Positions 12,689 through 21,800 of a stretch of 28,063 bases of DNA are shown here, in pieces. A program made the translations under genes and the position numbers. Source of the stretch: a virus (taxonomy: Duplodnaviria > Heunggongvirae > Uroviricota > Caudoviricetes); the IMG/VR virus record IMGVR_UViG_3300028886_000047; one strand, written 5' to 3'. The notes beneath the pieces were generated by a model. That model did no database searches, was not told the DNA's origin, and saw only the letters and a list, made by a program, of their open reading frames with translations. The stretch's first letter is position 1, and the number at the start of each line of letters is the position of its first letter.

Positions 12689-13705
12689 ATGTCTGATAGT
12701 AAAATTTTTATGGTTCCCGATGGGAACAGAAATTCTATTGATCCTGCTTTAATGCTTGCACTTTCTCAGAATGGAGGCTTTGGTAATGGAGCAGGTTGGT
12801 TATGGCCTATGTTCATGTTCTTCATGTTTCCTTGGTTATTTGGTGGAAATGGATTCGGTGGATTTGGCGGATTCGGCGGCGGAGCTGCTAATATTGCAGG
12901 TACAGGTTATCTTGCAAACCAGTTGAATAATGATGTAGGTCGAGATTTGTTATTACAAGCTATTAATGGTAGAGCAGATTCTCTTAGTCAACTCGCAAAT
13001 CTGCTTCATACAGATGTTTCAAGTGTTCAGAATGGAATTAATCTTATTCAGTCTGGAATACAGTCTGTTGGTTCTCAAGTTGGCTTAACAGGTCAGCAAT
13101 TAATTAATTCTATTCAAGCAGGCGATGCTACTTTGAGTAGACAGCTTTGTGAATGTTGCTGCGAAAACAGATTGGCTATTGCTAATCAGACTAACACTTT
13201 ACAGAGTCAGGCAGCTGCTAATCATGCTGATGCTACATTACTTGCTTCTCAGAATTATGCTGCTTCTCAATTACAAGCTGCTCAGAACTAGGCTGCAACA
13301 CAGCTTTAGATGGCTCAGATTGAAAGCGCAGACCAGCTTGCAGTATGTCAGCAAACTAATTCCCTTAGCACTCAGGCCGATAGAAATACTAATAATATTC
13401 TTAATGCTATTGCAGGCCAAAATACTCTTATTACTAAGGAGTTCTGTGATCTTAAAGAAAGAGAATTGCAGAATAAGATTGAAACACAAGGAGATATTAT
13501 TACTCAGTTACGTGGACAAATAAGTAATGACCATCAAACTCTTCAGTTAAATAATGCATTACACGCATTAGATGATAAGATTGATGCTATTGCTTCTAAA
13601 CAGCCTAATACTGTTCCTGTACAATGGCCTAATATCGTAGCTGCTAATGCTACTCCTTATGTAGGAGGATTTTATGGTTACGGTTAGACCAGCTTTTGGA
13701 ATTAA
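12689..13705 (+). CDS. Hypothetical protein: Gly/aromatic hydrophobic N-terminus, Gln/Asn/Ala-rich coiled coil, CECCC motif (338 aa)
   Basis: Track ORFs 12689-13291 and 13310-13687 are in frame and joined through TAG codons in a Gln-rich context. TAA at 13703-13705. Confidence 0.85.
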
Positions 13706-13724
13706 TTGAAAAGGAGGATTGAAT

Positions 13725-14066
13725 ATGTTTGGAGCAACTACTAATTATCCGTTCAATTTTGCTAATAGGAATGGAATACCTATGATAGAAAGTTCCTCTG
13801 TAGAGGTTACAGACACTAACGTAGTTATTCGTATTCCAGATAGAGCATTCCGTTTTTTAAATGGAACAGGACTGATTTTATTTAGGCTAAATACAGAAAT
13901 TACTAATACAACTTTACCCATTATATTCTCTTCTAATAATTTTACTCAACCTCTCACTATTGTTGGAGGCGAAGCTGCTACAGGCGCAAATATTGCAGGT
14001 ATTGGAATTTATTTAATATATTATGCTAAAAATGCCAATACTATGCAATTAGTAACAACTGTATAA
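13725..14066 (+). CDS. Hypothetical small beta-rich protein (113 aa)
   Basis: Track ORF 13719-14066. ATG at 13725 is preferred because it lies 7 nt after AAGGAGG. Confidence 0.8.
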   Translation: MFGATTNYPFNFANRNGIPMIESSSVEVTDTNVVIRIPDRAFRFLNGTGLILFRLNTEITNTTLPIIFSSNNFTQPLTIVGGEAATGANIAGIGIYLIYYAKNANTMQLVTTV

Positions 14067-14067
14067 T

Positions 14068-14532
14068 ATGTTTTCAGCTTTGAGTTAGGGAAGTTCTGTC
14101 TATTTATTAGACAAAACTTCCTCTCCTAAATTTTCAAGAGGAGAAATCATAGGGGTAAGTTAGCCAAAGTTTTCTAATTTTAATTAGACTACTGTAGATT
14201 TAAAAGTTAAAGTGAATGGGGAGATTCAAGAATTTAATAATATTCCTAGTATCAATAGTTACACAACTTATAATAACGGAAAAGTTATAATAAGTGAAAC
14301 TAAACAAGGTATTCAAAATGAAGTTGAATCAATTTTATAGCATAGTCAAAGTATTATAAATAATATTGATTTATATAAATAGAATGTCATTGATTGCGAA
14401 GAAATATTAAAAGAATTGAATCCTGTATTTGCAAAAGATAAGGAACGCGATGAGAGACTCTTTAATCTCGAAAGTAGGTTTGATGGAGTCGAATCTAAGC
14501 TGGATAAAATATTTAATTTAATTTAGAAATGA
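14068..14532 (+). CDS. Hypothetical protein, beta N-terminus plus coiled-coil C-terminus (154 aa; missing from ORF track)
   Basis: MFSALS[TAG]GSSVYLLDK...KELNPVFAKDKERDERLFNLESRFDGVESKLDKI, with six in-frame TAG. It fills the gap exactly and its TGA overlaps the next ATG. Confidence 0.8.
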
Positions 14533-14747
14533 TAGTATTAGAATTTACTGAGGATAAGTTTGGAAAAGCTATGAAAGCTATTTCTAAAATAAGTGAACAC
14601 GCTGAATGTCTTGAAGCTATATTTGAAGATTTAACAGAAGATTCTGAATATGGGGAACGTTCATCTTATGGAAATAAAAAGAAATATGATGATGATGATA
14701 TGTACAGTTCTCGCTATGGTATGCGTCGTGGCAGACGTTCTTATTAA
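14529..14747 (+). CDS. Small hypothetical protein with acidic/Arg-Gly low-complexity tail (72 aa)
   Basis: Track ORF; ATGA-coupled to the upstream gene; ends ..YGMRRGRRSY. Confidence 0.8.
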   Translation: MIVLEFTEDKFGKAMKAISKISEHAECLEAIFEDLTEDSEYGERSSYGNKKKYDDDDMYSSRYGMRRGRRSY

Positions 14748-14756
14748 ATAGAATCT

Positions 14757-15146
14757 ATGAAATCTTTAGATTTTTACGACGATAGGCCAACTTCTATGAA
14801 ACGTTATCTCCGATATTATGGAGAACACTTTAATAAGAAACTTTGTGATTTTGCCGTAAAAAGAATGAAACATGGTAAACAACCAGTTTAGAAAGATAAA
14901 GTCGAAGAGATATTATCTAAACATTCTATTAGTTTACAAAACAATGAATTGTACGACCATGTTTATGTATTTAATATGGGCAATAACGATTTTATGGGAA
15001 GTAGTATTGCTGACGAAAAACATCTGGCGTTATACGTTAAGGATGTAATTGATGATGCGGATGGATATGATGGAATAGTATTTAACAGATGGTACGCAGA
15101 TACTGTCCATCTCGGTATTCCTATAGATTGGGATGAAATGGTATGA
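14757..15146 (+). CDS. Hypothetical helical protein (129 aa)
   Basis: MKSLDFYDDRPTSMKRYLRYYGEHFNKKLCDFAV... is joined through one TAG to track ORF 14949-15146. Confidence 0.8.
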
Positions 15147-15520
15147 TTAAAGAAGTATTACATCCTTTTGGATGGAAACTAACAATTCTTTATGATTGTA
15201 CTTGTGATGATATTGATGAAATAATCGAAACTTTAATAGGGATTAATTGCCCTAGCCGTTATATAAAAGAAGCCTTGGATAATTTAGAAACTTGTAATTT
15301 AGATATAGGCTTGACTTATTCAAATTTTGATTTAAAAAGTTCTGTTATGGTTATTAATAGGACAAGTTCAAAAGAAGAATTGATAAATACTATATCTCAT
15401 GAATATTTCCACCTAATGGCTCATCTTTCAAAAGCATTAGATATAACAGATGAAGAAGAACTAGCATCTTTAAATGGATATTTAAATATGCTTTCTTATA
15501 GAATTGTTTAGAAATTATAA
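15143..15520 (+). CDS. HExxH zincin-like putative metallopeptidase (125 aa)
   Basis: NTISHEYFHL followed by DEEELA (candidate third ligand). Extended through TAG at 15509 to TAA at 15518-15520. Confidence 0.6.
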
Positions 15521-15522
15521 TT

Positions 15523-15558
15523 AAAAAGTAGGCTCAAATTCGAGTCTACTTTTTTTTT
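15523..15558 (+). terminator. Rho-independent terminator (possibly bidirectional)
   Basis: AAAAAGTAGGCTC-aaattc-GAGTCTACTTTTTTTTT immediately after a stop codon. Confidence 0.85.
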
Positions 15559-15586
15559 GATTTTAATATAAATTGAAATAATTTTG
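15556..15586 (+). promoter_or_regulatory. Candidate Bacteroidetes housekeeping promoter (-33 TTTG / -7 TAnnTTTG)
   Basis: TTTG at 15556-15559, 19-nt spacer, TAATTTTG at 15579-15586. The AT-rich context makes a chance match possible. Confidence 0.4.
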
Positions 15587-15645
15587 TTTTGAAATTATAT
15601 CATAAATAAATTTTTAATAAAACTAATTAAATTATATATATTTAT

Positions 15646-15747
15646 ATGGGAAGACCAAAACCTATGCCCAAACATGGGCCTGCAACCATTAAAAAAGGGA
15701 GGGTTCGTGATTAGGGCGGAAAGATTACTAAGAAAACTTCTGAATGA
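15646..15747 (+). CDS. Possible 33-aa basic micro-protein MGRPKPMPKHGPATIKKGRVRDQGGKITKKTSE
   Basis: First ATG after the candidate promoter; one in-frame TAG; overlaps the next gene in another frame. Confidence 0.4.
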
Positions 15748-16141
15748 TAAGATATTCTTAGTAAGTCTTAAATTCATTTTTCATATCGAAGGATTAGCTT
15801 ATATGTTATATTCAATATTAAGCTATTTTGATATAGATGCAGTTTATATAGGATATGTAGCAGATATTTCATTATTTCCATGGATTTTAATGTACATGCT
15901 TTCAATAAGATTTTATTTTTGTTATGTACATAGACTTCCATTATATTATATCCTTATAAATGAAATTATAACAGACATAGATTTTTTCATAGGTATTCCA
16001 ATTTCTGATAGATGGTTATTAACTACTCACATACTGATAATTGGAGTATTTATTTTTATTTATTCTTATTATTATTATGAAAGACTTAATAAAACATCGA
16101 ATAAGTCACCTTTCGGCTGGAGGAAAAATTATTACAAATGA
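15674..16141 (+). CDS. Multi-pass membrane protein (holin-like candidate; start uncertain)
   Basis: About four hydrophobic segments with basic termini. No adjacent endolysin seen. Confidence 0.65.
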   Translation: MGLQPLKKGGFVIRAERLLRKLLNDKIFLVSLKFIFHIEGLAYMLYSILSYFDIDAVYIGYVADISLFPWILMYMLSIRFYFCYVHRLPLYYILINEIITDIDFFIGIPISDRWLLTTHILIIGVFIFIYSYYYYERLNKTSNKSPFGWRKNYYK

Positions 16142-17057
16142 AACTGCAAAAGTTGGAGACATACTTTTAAGTGATAATACTTGGATTACTTCAGCTGCTT
16201 ATGCACAACATAAAGATGAAATAAAAGCTAAACCTATTGGAATTTGTGGTATTCCTAAAGGAGTCCTTCCTGATGGGAAAGGTAGATTAGTTAGTATAGA
16301 TTTTATGAGCGCTGATATTCCTGTTACTGGAAGTAAAACTCCAGTATATTTGAAATTGCAAACAGATAATTCAAATAATTTAAATGGAGAATAGTTCGGT
16401 GTAAGTACAAAATTTTAGGGAACTATAAATGGAAAAAGTTTTGATTGCATTCGTGAATATAATGGTTATTTAGCATCAGATTTATATTTAGGAACAACTG
16501 ATGATAATGACGATCCTACTAGTTCTTATTTAAACTTAAATTATTCTGAGGAGGATTCTACTAATTTTATAATTCCTATGTTAAAGGAAGAAAATATTTT
16601 AAATCCAGATATTTTTAAGACAGAATTAGTTATAGAAGGAACATCTACCATTACTTCTTTATTAGACGAAAATACTACTAAAGTTCCTTTATCAGATTTT
16701 GATGGAGAATCACATTGCGAATGGATAATTAATTATAATGATGATTCCGATACTTTGTTACAAGAATTTCCTGCTATTGGAGCTTGTTCAATGTATAAAA
16801 AAGGTAATCGTAAGTGGTATTTGCCTTCTTGCGGGGAATTGTTATTAATATTTACAAAAGGTACAGAATTTTTTAAATCTTTATCTGTTGCAAAAGATGG
16901 TGGCTTAGGAGCGTTTTTTTATGCTACTTATTGGACAAGTAATATTTTTATTAAAAATGACAAGCCCACCGCCTTCAGCGTGCGTCCGAACGATGGCAAT
17001 GTGTACAACAGCGGTCGGAATAGTGCCTTCTACGTGTTGGCGGTGTCAGCATTTTAA
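16077..17057 (+). CDS. C-type-lectin-fold (DUF1566/Lcl-like) protein, probable DGR target / receptor-binding protein (326 aa)
   Basis: Track ORFs 16041-16394 and 16578-17057 are in frame and joined through two TAG. Motifs WYLPSCGEL, YWTS and a C-terminal ..GNVYNSGRNSAFYVLAVSAF. Confidence 0.75.
16961..17057 (+). other. Putative DGR variable region (VR) with IMH-like 3' end
   Basis: 53/90 G+C over 16961-17050 versus 8/40 in the preceding 40 nt (manual count). NNC/NNT-dominated codons; ends GTGTTGGCGGTGTCAGCATTTTAA. Confidence 0.65.
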
Positions 17058-17079
17058 TCCTTTTAACCCTTTAAAACTT

Positions 17080-17328
17080 ATGAAACAAATATCAGAAAAA
17101 ACATATATAGCAGATGAAGGTAAGGTTTTTCAACGCACCTTCGATGGGTTTAATAAAATAAATCCTCCAATCGGGTACTTTTCTAATTTAACTTTGGGAG
17201 AGATTTTAGTGGATTCTGAGGGTAATAAATTAGAAACTCCAATACCTGATAAGATTCAGTATTACGAAGAAATTGAATTGCCAACAAATGATTTAGATAC
17301 TCAAGAACCTACTGAAACAGTGGATTGA
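17080..17328 (+). CDS. Hypothetical protein (82 aa, MKQISEKTYIADEGKVFQR...)
   Basis: 3' part of track ORF 16921-17328. ATG at 17080 follows the previous stop with an A/T-rich leader. Confidence 0.65.
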   Translation: MKQISEKTYIADEGKVFQRTFDGFNKINPPIGYFSNLTLGEILVDSEGNKLETPIPDKIQYYEEIELPTNDLDTQEPTETVD

Positions 17329-17581
17329 CGATATAGATTCTGGAAATACAAATATAGATGAAAGTTAGCAAAAAGAAATTATAGAATTGTTATAGAGATA
17401 CAATTCTAAAGAATTAAGTAAATTAGAATCAGCGGACTATATAGGTGTTTCCAGAGCTACTTTTGATAATTATATCAAAAACGGTTGGATTCCAAAAGGC
17501 AAGAAAAGACGAGGCTTTAATGAATTGAGTTGGAATAAATTCGATTTAGATAAATTTTTGGAAACTCATGGACAAAACTGA
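17288..17581 (+). CDS. AlpA/excisionase-like helix-turn-helix DNA-binding protein (97 aa; missing from ORF track)
   Basis: With three TAG read as Gln: MIQILKNLLKQWIDDIDSGN...LSKLESADYIGVSRATFDNYIKNGWIPKG...WNKFDLDKF, a MerR-type HTH pattern. Confidence 0.8.
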
Positions 17582-17762
17582 AGAAGTTGTAGGAACTTTA
17601 GATAAGAATCTAACCCTACAAACCTACGGAAAATTAAAAATTAGATATGGAAAAAAGGTGATTGATTTACTTGACAGAGATGGTGAATTAGCTATTCCTA
17701 GTAAATTGCAATCTCAATTAGATGAAATACTAAAGAGATTAACTGCTTTAGAAAATAATTGA
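17568..17762 (+). CDS. Small hypothetical protein with C-terminal coiled coil (64 aa)
   Basis: Track ORF that fills the gap between neighbours; ends EILKRLTALENN. Confidence 0.7.
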   Translation: MDKTEEVVGTLDKNLTLQTYGKLKIRYGKKVIDLLDRDGELAIPSKLQSQLDEILKRLTALENN

Positions 17763-17774
17763 AATTAATATATT

Positions 17775-18806
17775 ATGGCTTTAGGGATTGATGATTTATA
17801 TGATGATGATGACGTAACTCTTCCGAAAGAAGAACCAGAAGATAATTAGCCTCCTCAATATCAGCAAGAACCTGATAATGAGGATGATGATTTTATGTTG
17901 GACTTCCTGAAGAGTAAGGGTATTGACGACCCAGAAAAGATTAAGTTTGAAGGAGAAGATGGAAATATTGAAGAGCGTTCTTGGAACGATTTAACTCGTG
18001 AAGAACAAATTAATATTCTTAATACTCCTTTACCAACACAACAACAATATACACAACAAGAAGATAATTCTCTTTCTGATGATGAAATAAATTTAATTAA
18101 CTCTATTAGACAGAGTAATTTAACTCCATCAGAGTATTTACAATAGATTGCTGGTACAAGTGTTCAATCAGAACCTCAATATAAAGTAGATGATTTATCT
18201 GATGATGAACTCTTTATATTGGACTTGGAATCTAGAGTAGGAGAATTAACAGATGATGAAGCTGCACTGGCTTTGAGTAATGCTAAACAAAACGAAGATT
18301 TTTACAAAAAGCAAGTTGATGGTATTCGTAAAGAATATAAAGAAAGAGAAGATTTTAAATCAGCACAAGAACAGGCTGAATTAGAGGAAGAACAACAACA
18401 GGCATACAATCAGTATCAACAAAACATTGTTAATGCTATTAGTCAGTTTAACTCTGTAGGAAATCTTGATTTAAATATGGAAGATGCCGACAGAGATGAA
18501 CTTGCTGACTTTATGCTTGCTCAAGATGAGACTGGGCATAATTATTTATATAGAGCTTTACAAGATCCAGAGACATTAGTAAAAGCTGCATGGTTTATAT
18601 TAAATGGTGATGAAGCATTTGATAGTATTTCAGATTATTTTACTAATTAGATTAAAACAATTTCAGAAAACCAATATAAAAAAGGTTATTTGGATGCGTA
18701 GAAAGGTGTCGAACCTACGAGACCTGGAGTAGTTATAAAGAAAGAAAATAAAAAAACTCCTCAAAAACAAGTTAATTCAATATACGATTTATATGACGAG
18801 GAGTAA
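17775..18806 (+). CDS. Acidic helical protein, putative capsid scaffolding protein (343 aa)
   Basis: Track ORFs 17895-18146 and 18219-18650 are joined by TAG read-through. D/E/Q-rich and directly upstream of the capsid gene; function inferred from position and composition. Confidence 0.65.
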
Positions 18807-18823
18807 TTAAATAAAATGGGAAT

Positions 18824-21800
18824 ATGAAAATAGCTTTTACATCTAATATCCCTACAATGGGTAAGTGGTATTGCCCATTTAAAACTTGGTTAATTGCTGA
18901 AATTCCTTCAAATTATCGGAGAATCAGCATCTATTAAAAGAAGTTCAAAGACTATACGCCAAGAATTGTGCTATTTCAATTATGATATAGTCTCGTCTAA
19001 TATGATGATAAAATATTAGTTAAGGCCACAGATACTAGAACTTACGAAGATTTTTACAAGTATCTTGGTGTTAAGCCTCACAGACTCGGTCTCGTATCGA
19101 GCATGTATGAGGATTTGACCGCTGGTTTTTTGACAGAAGGTTTAAGAAATGTCTTTTATAAAGACATGACTAAGAAGCCTAAGTATGAAAGTATTAACTC
19201 TCTTATGTACGAGTGGAACCTCGAAACTAACTATATTAAGAGAATTGAATTTGCTGCTGTACCTGAAGGTAATGGTGCTGGTGGAACAGAAATCATAATG
19301 GCCTTTAAAGAAAGATATTATGAAAAGTATGATACCTTCAAGATTGAAGAGTCGGGTCAGCAATGTATGGTAATTAGTCGTCCTCAGAGAAAAGGTGACC
19401 AATACTGGGAAGTAATAGTTCGCCTTGTGGATAACAATTATGATACTGTACTTGATACTTCAGCTTGCTATCCTGGTGCAAAAACCATGTGGATAAGTGC
19501 TCATATGCCAGAACTTCACGAAGAAGGTTCGGGAAAAGCCATTTAGAGCCTCTTCCGCTTAATATTTTCTATTAAGTGTTAAATTAAAAACCTTTTTAAC
19601 TGCTGAAAACCCTTAAATGGTAATCAGCATCAAAGATTATTATTTATAAACCTAAAAAATAGTAGTATATAGATTCTTAAATAATAATAATGTTCGACGG
19701 TCATCGAAAACACATTATTTTTTTTATAATGGAAGTGAGTAGAGTAGGAGAAATCCGAAAAGGAAGGAACTTTTATAGTTAAGATATGACCTAAACAGTA
19801 TGGAAACATATTGAAGTAATTGTATACAAAATGGCAATCAAATGTTGAGAAAATGAGAGGATATATCCAAACACACCGTTTTGATGCTTCTTATTCTGCT
19901 CAATATGCTGCTTTTGAAGATGTTTTTGTAAACATCTCTAAGGGTAAAAACGAAGGTGGTTTAGGTGACGCTGTTTATAAGATGGATTCTGTACAGAAGA
20001 ATCTTCTTGAAACATTCCTTACCGGTCGAAATAATGCCTTACTTTTCAGTAAAGGTAATGTTGACCCACGTACAGGAAAGCCCACTATTGTAGACCCTAA
20101 AGTTTGAATTGGGGTCGTGTAGTGTAAACTACATACTAAAATCTATCTAATTGCTGAAACTTTGTAAAGATAATCAGCAGATAAAGTTGAACATAAGCAG
20201 GCCATATCGGTAGCGTTCAACTAAATTCAACGACTAGTCTGGAAAGACGTACATGTATAATCATGGAAATGGTAGATAATTAATTAATATTTTAGAATTA
20301 ATTTTTATGAAAGTAATTGTATATTTAACAACCAATATAATAAATAAAAAAATCTATATTGGAGTACATGAATGTAAGAAAAATGAAAAATCATTTTATT
20401 TAGGAAATGGAGTATATAATGATAAACCAAGTACTTATATGCATCCTAAAACTAAATTTCAAGCTGCTGTAAAAGAATTTGGTCCAAAAAATTTTAAAAG
20501 AGTAACAATTAAAGAATTTGATAATGAGGATGATGCTTATTTTTTAGAAAGTGAATTAGTTGATAAAGATTTTTTAAAGCGTCCTGATGTATATAATATG
20601 GTTTTAGGTGGACGTGGTGGAGACCTTAATAATAATGCAAAACCATGTTACAAATATGATTTACAAGGAAATTATCTTTGTGAATTTGCATCTCAAGCTA
20701 AAGCAGCCGATTCAGTAGATAGAGTTACATCTACAATAAGGTATGCGATTATTAATAAAGTAAAAGCTGCTAATTTTTATTGGAGCTACGAAAAAGTTGA
20801 TAAGCTTGATTTATCTGAGTATAAAACAACTGATAATAAAGTATGCATTTATCAATATTCTAATAATGGAGATTATGATTGTTGTTATGAGTCTGCATCG
20901 GATGCGGCTAGAGTAAATAACACTTCATCTAGTAATATTTGCAGAGCTTGTAAATTAGGTTTTTTATTAAATGAAAAATATTTTTCTTATATCTTTAACA
21001 CAAGTTATACTAAGCCTGAGAAATTTTCAGTCAGAGGACATTGTGTTTATCAATATTCTTTAAAAGGTGAGTTTATAAAAGAATTTCAATCTTGTAACGC
21101 GGCTGAAAAAGAATTAAATGTAAAAAAAGGCCTTTCTACAGCTATCAGGTTAGGAAGAACCTTTGCGGGATTTCAGTGGAGCTTAGAAAAATTAGATTCA
21201 CTCCCTTCTAAGGAAAAAGTTCAATGTTCAGCAAGAAAAGTTGGACAATTTGATTTGAATGGAAATTTAATTAAAGTATTCAATACAGTTACTGAATGTA
21301 GAAAAGAGTTTTCTGGATGTAGAGGAGTATTACAAGGTAAAAGTAAAACATCTGGAGGATTTATATTTAAATATGTGGATTAATTAAAGATATAGTCTAA
21401 TCTATATAGAAATATATAGAAAATTAAGGATTCAAACAGACCTATCTATATTTCAGATGGTCTTATACCTCAAATTGAGGCATTTGCAAGTAAGTATGTT
21501 TATAATAGACTTACTTTAAGTGTATTTAAGACTGCTTTGCAGGTACTTAATCAGAAAGCAAGTTCTCCTACAGGCAACCACTATGTGATTGTATGTAATG
21601 AGAAGTTCTTTGCAGACGCTAATGATGTTCTTGAGACATACTTGCAGCAATATCATACTGATGGAACATACTTATGGAGTCAGAAAGCTAATGATTATAT
21701 TGAAGTTGGAGCTAAAGGTTTCGATACTTATAATTGGCTTGGTAATTCTCTCTCGTTCCACGTTGATAGAACTTTCTCTCGTGAATATGGCATGGATAAG

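Noticed and set aside
16921-17079. N-terminal extension of track ORF 16921-17328
   Set aside because: It overlaps the lectin gene's variable region; ATG 17080 is the more plausible start.
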